A program made the position numbers and the translations under genes. 64,000 nucleotides of DNA. Source: an uncultured Planctomycetaceae bacterium. GTDB taxonomy: Bacteria; Planctomycetota; Planctomycetia; Pirellulales; PALSA-1355. The stretch is taken from positions 224,001 to 288,000 of the forward strand of contig CAWAUV010000005.1 in assembly GCA_963785305.1 (NCBI GenBank), written 5' to 3'. Shown here piece after piece: positions 32,115-43,723 of the stretch. The number at the start of each line of letters is the position of its first letter. The first letter of the stretch is position 1. The notes beneath the pieces were generated by a model. That model was given only the letters and a program-made list of their open reading frames with translations, ran no database searches and was not told the origin of the DNA.

Positions 32115-33893
32115 TCACGCGTCGAGCGCCGTGCCCTTGAGCTCGAAATCCGGATAGCCGAGGGCGCCCATTTCGGGGCCATCGAGTCCTTCCAATTCGA
32201 CCTCGCGGCTGACGCGCAGCGGCGTGATGAAACTGCTGAGTTTGAACAACACCCCCGAGATCACGACGCCCGTGACGATCACCGTCACGCCGCTAATGAG
32301 CTGGGCCCAGAGCTGCGACATATCGCCATAGAAGGCTCCGCGAACGCCGTCATAGGCATAACCGACCGTCTTGGTCCATTGCTCTTTTTCCGCGTCGGAG
32401 AGCGAGGCGAACCGATCGACGCCATTCCAGCCGGCGCCATATTCGCCGGTGGCGAACAGGCCGAGGGAGATCACTCCCCACAAACCGTTGACGCCGTGGA
32501 CCGAAACCGCGCCCACCACATCGTCGACGCCCATCTTGTCGAAGAAGAACACCGACTCCACGACGAGCACTCCGGCGATCGCGCCGATGATGGCGGCTCC
32601 GTTCGTGTCGACAAACGCACAAGGCGCCGTGATCGCCACCAAGCCGGCCAGCATGCCGTTGCACATCATGGTCGGGTCCGGCTTCATCCGGCGAGCCAAC
32701 ATCATGTAGAACATGCAGGCCAGCGTGGCGGTGGTGCCGGCGAGCATCGTGTTGACCACGATAAACGAGATTCGCAAGTCGGTGCCGGCGAGGCTCGAAC
32801 CCGGATTAAACCCAAACCAGCCGAACGCGAGGATAAAGGTGCCGACGCAAACCATCGGCACATTGTGCCCCGGAATCGCGCGGGCCTTGCCATTGACGTA
32901 TTTGCCGATGCGGGGCCCGATCATCAGGCCACCAACGAGCGCGATGACGCCACCCATGCAATGCACGACGCCCGAGCCGGCGAAGTCGACCGCGCCGTGG
33001 CCCAGGTTTTTGAGCGTTCCGAGTTGAGCGAGCCAGCCGCCACCCCAGAGCCAGTTCGCATAGAGGCAATAGGGAAACGCGATCCAGAGACCATACAGAC
33101 AGAAGTTCTTCCAGGCCCAGCGTTCGGCCATGGTGCCGGTGGGGATCGTGGCCGTGGTGTCCATGAACACCATCATGAAGAAAAACAGCGTCATGCAGCT
33201 CACGTCTTGCACGCCGTGCAAGAAGAAGCCTTTCGTTCCCATGAGGCCCCAAGCAGCGACATTGTTCGCCGGGTCGCCGCCGAATGTGATGCCTTCGTTG
33301 AGACACGCCAAACCGGGGCCCAGAGCGGCGGTGAAGCCGGGCGGCACCGGGCCGGCAAACCAATTGCCCCAGCCAACCGCGAAGCCGTACATCCAGAAGC
33401 CCAAGCAGCCAAGCGGATAGATCATCATATTCATCGCAATTGTGTGCGACGAGTTCTTCGCGCGGCAGAGGCCGGTTTCCACGCAGGCAAAGCCCGCCTG
33501 CATGAACATCACCAAAAAGCCGGTGATCAGCGTCCACACGAAATTGATCGAAAACCAGTTGTGCGCCACGCGATCCCAAATATCGGGAATCGTCATTTTC
33601 GAGGGAATATCGCCCTTGCCATCGTTCGCCGGCGCGATGCCGACACCGATCTTGGCGCCGGTCGGATCGGGCAACGCCGTGCCGTCTTTTTCCTTGTCCA
33701 TGCCCGTGACCCAGAGCGGCGGCTTATCCTCGGCCGGCGCATCGGCCGGGGCCGCGGCTTCCGCCGGTTTATCCGCGGCGGCCGGCGCCTCGGCGGCCGG
33801 GGTTTCTTGGGCCAGCGCCAGGGTTGCCTGACTTATAGCGCCCGCGAATAACAGCGACACAATCCACCCACACTTCCACAGCATCACTCTCAT
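32115..33893 (-). CDS. amtB: Ammonium transporter with N-terminal signal peptide and linker
   Basis: FMQAGFACVETG, DFAGSGVVH, GWFGFNPGS, NGMLAGLVAITAPC, DDVVGAVSVHG. Confidence 0.95.
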   Translation of the reverse strand: MRVMLWKCGWIVSLLFAGAISQATLALAQETPAAEAPAAADKPAEAAAPADAPAEDKPPLWVTGMDKEKDGTALPDPTGAKIGVGIAPANDGKGDIPSKMTIPDIWDRVAHNWFSINFVWTLITGFLVMFMQAGFACVETGLCRAKNSSHTIAMNMMIYPLGCLGFWMYGFAVGWGNWFAGPVPPGFTAALGPGLACLNEGITFGGDPANNVAAWGLMGTKGFFLHGVQDVSCMTLFFFMMVFMDTTATIPTGTMAERWAWKNFCLYGLWIAFPYCLYANWLWGGGWLAQLGTLKNLGHGAVDFAGSGVVHCMGGVIALVGGLMIGPRIGKYVNGKARAIPGHNVPMVCVGTFILAFGWFGFNPGSSLAGTDLRISFIVVNTMLAGTTATLACMFYMMLARRMKPDPTMMCNGMLAGLVAITAPCAFVDTNGAAIIGAIAGVLVVESVFFFDKMGVDDVVGAVSVHGVNGLWGVISLGLFATGEYGAGWNGVDRFASLSDAEKEQWTKTVGYAYDGVRGAFYGDMSQLWAQLISGVTVIVTGVVISGVLFKLSSFITPLRVSREVELEGLDGPEMGALGYPDFELKGTALDA

Positions 33894-34034
33894 CAGATGA
33901 CTCCGCTTTGCAGTAAGGAAACTGGAAGCACCGCCTTTGGGACATCTCGAGCGCGAACACGAAGACACTAAGGGACTCGCCTCGCATCGTAATCGCGCAA
34001 TGAGGGCGCCAGCAGCACGATGGGCCGGCCAGCT

Positions 34035-34050
34035 AGCAAGTGGCGTGCCG
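34035..34050 (-). promoter_or_regulatory. Sigma54 (-24/-12) promoter of amtB
   Basis: Minus strand CGGCACGCCACTTGCT matches YGGCAC-N5-TTGCW, about 140 nt upstream of the start codon. Confidence 0.7.
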
Positions 34051-34270
34051 AAAAGAGATTCGGCTTGGGGGACAGCGCATGTCCGCCCCTCTGGCGCGGG
34101 CCGAAAGCATGAGAAACACGAGGGCGGACCACCCGCGAGTCAACGTGGCAGCGAGGGCCGCTCGATCGCAAAACTCCCAGGAAAACCCGAGTGTTTCGTG
34201 ATTTCCCCCCGCGTCTTCCAGCTCGCGCCGGCTCGCATGCGCCCGAGAATTGCCATCATCTAATAAAGGC

Positions 34271-34317
34271 AAAAAAAAGACACCAGGGCGGCGAGGCGCG
34301 AAGCGACGAACGCCCGG
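34271..34317 (-). terminator. Possible terminator after the EF-G paralogue
   Basis: Short GC stem followed by T8 on the minus strand. Confidence 0.35.
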
Positions 34318-34387
34318 CCGCCAAGCCCCTTCGCCCAAGTTCGTGGCAACCGATGGCCGAGAACAGGGCAGCGGCGCCCTGCCCAGG

Positions 34388-36487
34388 TCATTCGTCTTCT
34401 TCTTCCTTGAGCGACGTCTTGTCGACCACTTCCTTCTGCACATGACCCGGCGCGAGTTCGTAGCGGCTGAACTCCATCGTGAAGCTTCCCTGCCCAGCCG
34501 TTAGACTCGACAAACTCCGCGCATAGTTGGCCACTTCCGATAGCGGCGCCTCGGCCACCACGGTTTGCATGTCTCCGCCCGCCGCGTTCATGCCCAGCAC
34601 GCGACCGCGGCGGCCCGACATGTCGCTGTTGATATCGCCGAGCTTGCTGTTGGGCGCGGTCACTTCCAGAGTGACGATCGGTTCGAGCAGCCCCGGCTTT
34701 GCCAACTGAAACACGTTGCGGAAAGCCATCGAGCCGGCGGTCTTGAACGCGGCTTCGGAACTGTCGACCGGGTGATGCTTGCCGAAATAAACTTCCACGC
34801 CCACATTCCGCACCCGATAGCCCGCGATCACGCCGCGTTCGACGCGTTCCTTGAATCCCTTTTCGATCGCCGGCAAGAAGTTGTTGGGAATCGTGCCGCC
34901 GACGATCGAATCGACCCAAAGGAAATTGTCCTGAGGATCGTGATGAAAACTTCTCAGATGGGGAAAGCGCTCCTTGGTGCAAAAAGTCTCTGGGTTCATG
35001 CCATCGGGTAGCGGAAACATGCGAATATGCACCTCGCCGAACTGCCCGCGGCCGCCCGACTGCTTTTTATGTCGGTAGCTGCCCTCGGCCGGCGTTTGAA
35101 TCGTCTCGAGGTAGGGAATCTTGGGCTCGTGCACGTCGATCTCGACCTTGTCGCGCCGCTTGAGCTTTTCACGCGTGATCTGCAAATGCAGTTCGCTCAT
35201 GCCGTTGATCACGAGCTCCTTGGTCCGCGGATCGCGGTTGAGGGCGATTGTGTTGTCTTCTTCGAGAATCTTGTGCAGCGCGGTCGAGAGCCGCCCTTCA
35301 TCGCCGCGACTCTTGGGAATCGCCGCCAGGCCCACCATCGGCGAGGGATACTTGAATGCCGGCAAGGTCAACTCGCCGAGCGATAGGCCGGTGTGCAATT
35401 CCTCGACCTTGGCCACGGCGATCATCTGGCCGGCGGCGGCGGCGTCGATCGATTGCGTTTCGGAACCTTGAATCTCGAACAGTTGATGCAATTTCACCGG
35501 TTTCCGCTGGCCGGAGAGATGCACGGTGTCGTCTTTTTTGATGGCGCCCGAAAAAATTCGCAGAAAGCTCAACTTATGGACAAACGGATCGATGCGCGTC
35601 TTGAATACCTGGGCCACGAGCGGGCCATCGGCCGATTGCGGCGCGAGTTCCAACTCGCCCGCCTCGGTGAGCCCGCGCCGCGCGACACGGTCGGGCGGCA
35701 GCGCCGCGAGCACGAGCGCGTCGAGCAGTTCTTCGACCCCGGCGCCGGTTTTCCCCGAGACACATAGCACCGGAATCAAGGCGCCCGTGGCCACGGCCTC
35801 GACCGTGAGCCGCGCGAGCTCCTCACTCGTGGGCGGCATGCCCTCGAAATATCGGGCCGTGACTTCTTCGTCCAATTCGATGATCGTGTCGACCAGTGTC
35901 ATGCCGAGCGCCACCGGATCGAGCAGGGCGCCCTCGTGCTTCGCCGGCACCTTGAGCGTGCTGCACACTCCGGAAAATTTCGGGCCCAGCCCGATCGGCA
36001 CATTCATGGGAATGCACATCTTGCCGAACATTTCGTGGATCGTGTCCAGGAGTTTCGCGAAGTCGATGTTGTCGCTATCGAGCTTCGAGATGACGATCAC
36101 CCGGCCCAAGCCGAGCTTGCCGGCCTCTTGAAACATGCGCCGGGTATTGACTCCGGGCCCGGCGTGGGCGTCGATCACGATCACCGCGGTTTCCACCACA
36201 TGCAAGGGGCCGATCGCTTGACCGAGAAAATCGGGATAGCCCGGCGTGTCGACCACGGTGAAGAGCTTCCCCTCATGGCGAAAATGCACGAGGCTCGCTT
36301 CGATCGAATGCTTGTGTCGCTTCTCTTCCTCGTCGAAATCCGCGACGCTCGTGCCATCGTCGACGCTGGCCGGGCGCTTCACGGCGCCGGTCGCGGTAAG
36401 AATCCGGTCGACCAGCATCGTCTTGCCCGCCGAACCATTGCCACAAAACACGAGATTGCGAATATCGCCGATCGCCGGATGCGACAT
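34388..36487 (-). CDS. fusA: Elongation factor G paralogue (EF-G2-like)
   Basis: GNGSAGKT, DTPGYPDF, GMSELHL, KKQSGGRGQFGEV, HPVDSSEAAF, LLEPI; the divergent G-motifs point to a secondary copy. Confidence 0.85.
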   Translation of the reverse strand: MSHPAIGDIRNLVFCGNGSAGKTMLVDRILTATGAVKRPASVDDGTSVADFDEEEKRHKHSIEASLVHFRHEGKLFTVVDTPGYPDFLGQAIGPLHVVETAVIVIDAHAGPGVNTRRMFQEAGKLGLGRVIVISKLDSDNIDFAKLLDTIHEMFGKMCIPMNVPIGLGPKFSGVCSTLKVPAKHEGALLDPVALGMTLVDTIIELDEEVTARYFEGMPPTSEELARLTVEAVATGALIPVLCVSGKTGAGVEELLDALVLAALPPDRVARRGLTEAGELELAPQSADGPLVAQVFKTRIDPFVHKLSFLRIFSGAIKKDDTVHLSGQRKPVKLHQLFEIQGSETQSIDAAAAGQMIAVAKVEELHTGLSLGELTLPAFKYPSPMVGLAAIPKSRGDEGRLSTALHKILEEDNTIALNRDPRTKELVINGMSELHLQITREKLKRRDKVEIDVHEPKIPYLETIQTPAEGSYRHKKQSGGRGQFGEVHIRMFPLPDGMNPETFCTKERFPHLRSFHHDPQDNFLWVDSIVGGTIPNNFLPAIEKGFKERVERGVIAGYRVRNVGVEVYFGKHHPVDSSEAAFKTAGSMAFRNVFQLAKPGLLEPIVTLEVTAPNSKLGDINSDMSGRRGRVLGMNAAGGDMQTVVAEAPLSEVANYARSLSSLTAGQGSFTMEFSRYELAPGHVQKEVVDKTSLKEEEDE

Positions 36488-36562
36488 GCCTCGATCTCCT
36501 TATGTTTGGAATGGGAAGGCGCGAACGCGCCCGGGCGCCGAGAATACGAAAAGCGCCTGTTA

Positions 36563-37289
36563 TTATGCCGCGCCCGAACCGGCTCTCGCCAGTGCTTCGC
36601 CCAGCGAGAGCGAACCTTCGTAGAGCGCGCGGCCGATAATCGCGCCATCGACCCCAAGTTCGGCCACGCGGGCCACGTCGTCGGTCGTGGTCACGCCGCC
36701 CGAGGCGATCACGGGCGTGGCCACCGCGCGGCGCATGGCGGCGAGCGCGTCGAGATTCGGGCCGGCCATCATGCCGTCCTTGGCGATATCGGTGTAAATG
36801 ATCGATGCCAGCGGCTCCTCGGCAAAGGCTTGGGCCAGTTCCACCGCGTCGGCGCCGCTGGTCTCGAGCCAGCCGTGGGTGGCGACCCGCCCATCGCGAG
36901 CATCGATGCCGAGCGCCATGCGGCCGGGAAACCGGCGGCACATATCGCGAAACCAAGCTTGCTCTCGAATCGCCAGCGTGCCGATAACCAGGCGCTCGAG
37001 CCCCAGGCCGAGCAAACGCTCGATCGTGGCTTGGTCGCGAATGCCGCCGCCCAGTTCGCACGCCAAGGGCGCCGCGGCGACGATCTGTTCAATCGCCTGC
37101 CAATTGGTCACCGCGCCGGCCCGCGCACCGTCGAGATCGACAATATGCAGAAAGCGAGCCGCCCTCGCCATGAAACCGCCGCGCCACGGCGGCCGGGTCA
37201 TCGTCGAACACCGTTTCACGGCCGTAGTCCCCTTGGCGCAGCCGCACGCATTTGCCGCCCCGGAGGTCGATCGCCGGCCAAATTTGCAT
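36563..37289 (-). CDS. hisA: HisA, ProFAR isomerase (frameshift at about 37175)
   Basis: [55 protein letters not shown]. Confidence 0.95.
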
Positions 37290-37455
37290 GAAAATCGCTC
37301 GCGGGAAAAAAGGAATGGGTTCGGCGGGAATCGCGATCTCGCGCGAAGTGACTACCTGTAAACGGCTCGCGGACGTTCGCGTCCGAAATATCGCACGACG
37401 ATCTTCGCCACGCAAGCGCCACCGTGTTTTTGGCGTTCCTGGCCGGCCGGGGTCG

Positions 37456-38577
37456 CTATCGCACCATGTAGCCGAGCGCGAACCGCACCATGTTGAACAT
37501 CGCCAAGCTCATCGCGCCAACCATGATGGTGTTGTGCAGCCACGCCCGCCGCTCGGTGACAAGGGCCATCGCCAAGAACACGGGAAACAGCACCAGCGCA
37601 AATCGCGGCACGGCGTCCATGCGAGCCGAGACGACCCAAATCGCAAGCTGCGCGAGTCCGTAGATTGCGTAGCCCTTGCGCAGCCGCAGGCCCGCGAAAA
37701 CGACCAGCCCGGTCACCGGAATCAGATAACACAACCGCTGAAACGAGCCGATGCCGCCGAAGCTGTTGAAGATGCTCGCGATCGGCCAACCATATTGCGC
37801 GTGAACAAAAGCCAGCGGCGTGCCAAACCAGACCCATTGCACCGCCAGCCATGCGGCCGTCGCCAGCGGGGTAAGCGCGAGCCATAGCACATTCCAACGC
37901 ACCTCGCCCAGGCGCCATTGGCGCTGCTCGAGATACTCGGCCGCCAGTCCAATCGCGAGCACGAACCCATCGGGCCGGGCCAAGCCGTTCAACGCGGCGA
38001 CCAATCCCGCAATTGCCCACATTCCGCGGCGAGCAAAGTAATACAACACCACGATAATCGCCAGCGTGATCGACATGCTATACACGGCCGAAAGGAAGAG
38101 CGTGGTCGGAAAGACCATGAGATACCACAAGGCGCGATCGGCCCCCTCTTTGGCCAGGTCCAGCCGCGCCAGTGCCCAAAGCCCCATCGCGGCCACCACC
38201 AGCGAGATGTTGGACACGATCACGCCTCCCAGGGCCATCGCCCAATCGCCTCCGCCGAAACATTGGCCGATCCAGCGCATCAGATAAGGATACAGCGGAA
38301 AGAAGGCGACGTTGCATTCTTCGCCGGGCGTGTATTGATAACCCTGGCCCGCGATATTCAAATACCATCCAGAGTCCCAATGGTTCCAAATGTTGATCCA
38401 GGGATAAGGAGTGAGTTGGCTGTTGGGCAGCGTGGGCATCTGCCGAATCGCCACAAGCCCCGCCACGATGAAAGCGAAGCGAGTCACGACGAGCGGAGTT
38501 AGCGAGCCAAAAAACATCGCCCAGGGCGTATCGACGCGCGGGGGATTGGTCGCCGGGGCGTTTTGATTGTCGTTCAT
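37456..38577 (-). CDS. GT-C mannosyltransferase (PIG-V-like)
   Basis: [28 protein letters not shown]; multi-TM. Confidence 0.75.
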   Translation of the reverse strand: MNDNQNAPATNPPRVDTPWAMFFGSLTPLVVTRFAFIVAGLVAIRQMPTLPNSQLTPYPWINIWNHWDSGWYLNIAGQGYQYTPGEECNVAFFPLYPYLMRWIGQCFGGGDWAMALGGVIVSNISLVVAAMGLWALARLDLAKEGADRALWYLMVFPTTLFLSAVYSMSITLAIIVVLYYFARRGMWAIAGLVAALNGLARPDGFVLAIGLAAEYLEQRQWRLGEVRWNVLWLALTPLATAAWLAVQWVWFGTPLAFVHAQYGWPIASIFNSFGGIGSFQRLCYLIPVTGLVVFAGLRLRKGYAIYGLAQLAIWVVSARMDAVPRFALVLFPVFLAMALVTERRAWLHNTIMVGAMSLAMFNMVRFALGYMVR

Positions 38578-38773
38578 AAGAGCGTGACCGCCGCTTGGAT
38601 AATAGAAAAGAACTTCGCCCATCGGCGCCGATCCGAGACGAACGCCCAACGCAACGCACCCGATCTGATGAACCGACCGGCGCCCAAGAACTTCGTCCGA
38701 TTCATAACCAATCGCCAGCCCACGATAATCGCCGCTCTCGAAGCTGCCAAGCCACGAAATCAAAGGAACCCGC

Positions 38774-39674
38774 ATGCCGAGCCAATCGCCACTCCGAGGC
38801 GTTTTCACTCCCAATATCGTGCCGCTCGACGCCCGTGGCGACATCCACGAAGCCGAACTGCGACGTTATGTAAGCTGGCTCATCGACCACGGCGCCCAGG
38901 GCCTGTACCCCAACGGATCGACCGGCGAATTCACCAAGTTCACGCCCGAAGAGCGACGCCGCGTGATCGAAATCATCGTCGACGAGGCCCAGGGCCGAGT
39001 TCCGATTCTGGCCGGCGCCGCCGAAGCCAATGTCCGCGAAACGCTCAGGGCCTGCGAATGTTACCACAAGCTCGGCGCGCGCCGTGGCGATCGTGGCCCC
39101 TTTTTACTACAAGCACGGGCCCGAGAGCGTGTTTGCCTATTACAAGGAAATCGCCGATCATTCGCCGATCGATGTCACGCTCTACAATATCCCGATGTTC
39201 GCCTCGCCGATCGATGTCGACACCGTGCTCCGGCTGAGTGAGGAATGCCCGCGCGTGGTGGCGATCAAGGACTCGTCGGGCGATCTGCCGCACATGATGC
39301 GCATGATCGCCGCAGTGCGGCCCCGGCGGCCCGACTTCGTGTTTCTCACCGGCTGGGACGCCTCGCTCACGCCGATGCTTCTGGCCGGCTGCAACGGAGC
39401 GACCCTCGCCACGGCGGGCGTGGCGCCGGAACTGACTCGCGGAATTTTCGATCTCTGCGAAGCCGGCAAGTGGACCGAGGCCATGGCGCTCCAGCGACGG
39501 ATGCTGCCGCTTTTCGACGCGATGATCGGCGTGGGCGAGTTTCCGGAAGGTTTTCGCGAAGGCGTGCGTTTGCGCGGCTTCGACACCGGCCGCGGCCGCT
39601 CGCCGCTTGGGCCCCATTTTCACGAAAAGCTCGCGGCTATCGAACCCGCGCTCTGCGCCGCACTCTCCGGCTAA
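38774..39674 (+). CDS. Dihydrodipicolinate synthase (DapA)-family aldolase (frameshift at about 39078)
   Basis: [20 protein letters not shown]. Confidence 0.85.
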
Positions 39675-40309
39675 ATAGGCTTGCGCATATGGGAGGAAAG
39701 TAAAAAGAAGAACTCCGAGCACTTACGTAGTGTTCCAAGCACTCGGGCACAAGGAGTTCCTCATGAGTATTCAGCAGCGGGTCGTACGGGGTTGGCAAGC
39801 GCTTTCGAAACGGGAGCGGCGGATCATGCGGATGCACAGCAGGCACGCGCCTTCGGCAGTGCTGCGATGCCGTTGCAAGGTGATTGTTGGTTTGATTCAA
39901 GGCAAAACGCCGACCCAACTCGCCTCGGGCGGCTTGTGTTCCGGGTCGCAAGTTTACCGCGTGGCTCAGCGGTTCGTCGAGCAAGGACCTGCTGGCATGG
40001 CGGATGCACGCGAGGACAACGGCCAGGGCAAGATCGACGAGTCGTACGAATGAGAATTGCTGGTCGCCGTCGCCACGTCCCCACGTGATTATGGTCACTT
40101 GCGGACCACCTGGACGCAAGAATTGCTCGCGCGTGTGGTGGTCAGCGCACGGGCATCGTGGTCAGCGTGACGACGATCTGTCGGCTGCTCAAGCGACACC
40201 GCGTGCGTCTGGGTCGGCCCAAGCCGATCGTGGGCTGTCCTTGGCCCAGGGCCAAGCGGATGCGGCGTTTGCGGGAGATTCGGCGCAATCTTCGCAACCT
40301 TGCGCGGTG
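39675..40309 (+). mobile_element. IS630-family element remnant; transposase from 39763 has an internal stop and is truncated by IS66
   Basis: HTH region followed by SPRDYG..RTTWTQELLA...RLGRPKPIVGCPW, which is typical of IS630; the DDE domain is absent. Left boundary is approximate. Confidence 0.75.
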
Positions 40310-41462
40310 GTAACTGTTAAGCCGTGGCGTGGCCTGGGCGCGGGGGGGCGGTGGCGATATTGGCGGGGATCGCGGGCGAGGGGTTTCCGGGGATGGGTCG
40401 CGTGGCGGATGGTTTAACTGCTATTGGTGATCGGCAGCGGCAGGGTCTTGCCTTGCAATTTAGGCGCACGACTTCGATTCCATACCTTGCGAAGCTCAAA
40501 CCGTTTTTCGCGCCGGTCGCGATCACGCTCTTGATTCGGGCGAACGCCGCCGCGCTCCATTCGGTCCGATGCGTGCCGCCATCATTCCTCGCCGCCGCCA
40601 GGCTTCGGATGTCGCGTTCGGTTCCGTTGTTGTCGGCCGGAACATTCGCATCGTCGAGGAAGGTGAACAATTCGTCCGAGTGCTTGAACAGCCGGCGCCA
40701 GATTCGCAAACATTCGCGATGCCGCACGCGCGTCTCGAGCATCAACGTGTCGAAACGGTTTTGAATCTCGTGTCGGGCCGCGTTGAAAGCTTTTTTGCCG
40801 AGCGACTTGCGCTCGTGGCCCAACCGGATCGCGTCTTGAAACAGCGTGATCAACGGCTGGATGAAGGCCCGCACGCTCGCCGCCGGCAACGTCTCGCGCA
40901 GCTTGTGCAACTCGCGAAGCAAATGGACCAAGCAGCGCTGTTTGCGGCAGTCGAGCCCGTTGTAGACCGCATAAAAATCGCTGACCAGCGTGCCCGCGAA
41001 CGATGTGCCCAACGCTCGCTCGAGCACGGCCCGATTGCGATGACCATTCGAGCTTGGGCTCTGGAATCTCCGCCATCTCATGCTCTTCAAACTCGCCGGT
41101 GGCGGTCAGATCGCGGCCCCCACAGTGCGGACACTCTCGCGGATGCACGTCGTGTTCGATGAATACCGTGCCCGGCGGCGGCTCTGGACGAAAGCTGCCC
41201 GGATGTTTGCGAAACTGCTTGCGGCGGCGACCCTGTTCGCCACGCCGCGCATCGCTGGCCGAGCGGGTTTTCTTGCGCCGCTGAAGAAACTTTTGCAACT
41301 GCTGCTCGAGCTGCTCGACTCGCTTGCGCAGCGTGATATTCTCCGCCTGCAACCGGGCGATTTCCGCTTCCAACTCGGCGATCCGTCGATCTCGATCATC
41401 CATGATCCAATCAATGTGACCGAAAACCCAATTTCGGGAAAGAGGAAATGCTTAACAGTTAC
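40310..41462 (-). mobile_element. IS66-family element (single-ORF type), internally deleted copy
   Basis: TIR GTAACTGTTAAGC at both ends; nearly identical to 56328-57864 except for a 383-bp deletion equivalent to 56747-57129. Confidence 0.9.
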
Positions 41463-41587
41463 GCACCGAGCACGTGCTCGAAGGCTTCGTAATGCGCGTC
41501 GTTGCGGAATATCTTGGCCCGGGAAGTCGCTCGATTCAGGGCATGGTAGACGCCGCCAGCTTCGTCGGCTCGTGGTGGTTGTGGCAT
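41463..41587 (-). pseudogene. N-terminus of a RAYT/Y1 HUH transposase, truncated by IS66 (absent from the ORF track)
   Basis: My translation: MPQPPRADEAGGVYHALNRATSRAKIFRNDAHYEAFEHVLG, matching the MPRxxR..GxxYHxxNRG..IF..DYxxF start of REP-associated tyrosine transposases. Confidence 0.8.
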
Positions 41588-41594
41588 GGCCGCC

Positions 41595-41623
41595 AGCCTA
41601 CCAACAACCGCCAGCAAAATCAA
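41595..41623 (-). promoter_or_regulatory. Probable promoter of the RAYT-like gene; its -35 lies inside the 28-bp site
   Basis: TTGATT (41623-41618), 17 bp, TAGGCT (41600-41595) preceded by TGG, then 7 nt to the ATG (leaderless). Confidence 0.55.
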
Positions 41624-41628
41624 TGATT

Positions 41629-43564
41629 ATCGCGGTAGGGATGGCCCTTTCGGGCCACCCCCCGCACAGATCCGTACGTGCGGAACTACCGCATACGGCT
41701 CCTACCTTGGATACAAACGACCAAACCGCACTTCGGGATAAGGATGCAGGATTTTCGGGGTGGGAAGCCATCGTTTGCAAAGCTGCGAGAACTTCCGCCA
41801 GGTCATCCGGCGTCCGCGTTGGCTGCGTCGCCGCAGCATGCGGAGCCAGAGTTTCTGGAAGCGCCGTGCGGAATTGTTGCAATCGCACCGAGTTGCCGGG
41901 AATCGCATGGTAATTGAGCCATCCCCGGTAAACGCTCGATAGCCATGGCCCGACTTGCGCCAAGTCCATGTGCATTTTCCCGCGCAGCGCTTCTTTCAGT
42001 TCGCGCAGTTTGCCACGAAACTTCTTGGCCGATGAGATGCGGCGAATGGTGAATTCGCCCTTCCGGGTCACGCCACTGATGTGGGTGAAGCCCAGGAAGT
42101 CGAATGTCTCCGGTGGGCCATCGCCACGCTTCGATCGTCGTTCGGCCGCATAGCGTCCGAACTCGATCAGCCGCGTCTTCTCCGGGTGCGGTTCCAAACC
42201 GAATTTGGTGAAGCGTTCCCGGAGCGCCGCCAGGCAGCGTCGCGCGTCGGACTCCTCGCGGAATCCGACTACGAAATCGTCCGCATAGCGCACGATGATG
42301 ACCTCGCCCACGGCATGGCGTTTCCGCCACGCCACCAGCCACAGGTCCAGAACATAGTGCAAGAACACGTTCGAATAGAGCGGCGAAATCACCGCTCCTT
42401 GAGGTGTTCCCACGGTGCTCGGGGACCATTCGCCATCTTCCGACACTCCGGCTCGAAGCCATTTCTTCAGCAGCCGAAGCAGTCGTCGGTCGGCGATCCG
42501 ATGCTCCAGGAACTTCATCAACCATGCGTGGTCGATGTTGTCGAAGAAGCCGCGGATGTCCGCATCCAAAATCCAGTTCACTTTCCGCTTCTTGATGCCC
42601 ACGTAGAGCGCGTCCAAGGCTCGGTGACAGCTTCGTCCAGGACGAAAGCCGTAACTGAAACCCAGAAAGTCCTCTTCGTAGATGCACTCCAGGATCGTCC
42701 GTACGGCTTGCTGGACGATCTTGTCCTCCAGCGCCGCGATCCCGAGGGGCCGCGGCTTGCCGTCGAGCTTGGGAATCCAAGTTCGCTTGGACGGCCTGGC
42801 TCGATAGGCTCCCCGATGGATTCGACTGTGCGGATCGTCGATCCGCGTTTCGAAATCGGTGGCGTATTGAGCCCATGTCAGGCCATCGACGCCGGGCGCG
42901 GCTTGCTTCTTCAGGTCGAAGAAACTCGCCACCAGCAGTTCGGGCGTGACATGGTTCAGCAGATTGTTGAACCGCATCTTCTTGTCGCGTTGTGCCGCTT
43001 CTCGCACGCCCAGCAGTCCGCGCGGACCTGGGAGCCCGGCGTGTGTCCGGTCCAGTAGCGACTGCTCGGCGTTCTCCTCGGTCAGCTCCCTTCCCTCCAC
43101 GGGCTCCGCCGACAGCGGCACGCTGTCGTTGTTCGCCTGCTTCTTTGGTACTATGGAACTGTCTGACTCCCCGGGAACGTGCATGTCGGACTTGTGGCCT
43201 CGCGCCTTCTCCGACCGATCCGCTTCAAGCGAAGCGGATGTTCCCGGGATCTCCCGGCTTCCGCGAGAAAAGTTTCCGGCCGTGCGGGTGGTCCCGGACT
43301 CCGTGGGGGAGACGTCGGACTCGCCATGATCGTTCGACATCACTGTTGCCTTCCCGCATGAATCGAGCGACGGGGTCAGGACAAGGTCGGCCGCCACAAA
43401 AGAATGTTTTCGGAGCTCGATACACCGCCCGGCCGTGCCTCTGTGAACGCTTCGCCCTGCCAGTTGCCCGACACGACGCATCACTCGAGGCCGAGGTGGC
43501 TGGCTAGGCCTTGCCTCGTGCGACTCTTTCATTCGCGACTCTCCTCCGGCTTGTGCCGGCGCAC
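41629..43564 (-). mobile_element. Group II intron copy 1 (bacterial class E-like, IEP without endonuclease domain)
   Basis: 5' GTGCG; domain V/VI GGAGCCGTATGCGGTAGTTCCGCACGTACGGATCTGTGCGGGGGG...CCCTACCGCGAT; RT ORF inside. Confidence 0.95.
41702..43184 (-). CDS. ltrA: Group II intron reverse transcriptase/maturase (frameshift at about 41860)
   Basis: RPLGI, SYGFRPGR, DIRGFFD, GTPQG, RYADDF, FDFLGF; ends ILHPYP with no HNH domain. Confidence 0.9.
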
Positions 43565-43581
43565 CCTGACCCCTTTGAATT

Positions 43582-43705
43582 CGCCCGGTCTTGCCGGTGA
43601 TTTGCTTTTGCCGATTGTAGGTTTGCATGACTTGGTCGGAGCCGCTGACGCTGTCGGGATAGATCGTGGCGCTGAGCAAGCCGTTGCTGGCGATCGACGA
43701 TTGCG
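43582..43705 (-). pseudogene. Short Rhs core stub cut at site A
   Basis: SSIASNGLLSATIYPDSVSGSDQVMQTYNRQKQITGKT is homologous to about 60300-60420 of the large Rhs. Confidence 0.8.
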
Positions 43706-43723
43706 CTACTCCATGGCCACCGA

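Larger units (their letters stand above)
41618..43581 (-). repeat. 28-bp site A, split by intron 1 (halves 43581-43565 and 41628-41618)
   Basis: Spliced sequence AATTCAAAGGGGTCAGG^AATCATTGATT. Confidence 0.9.
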
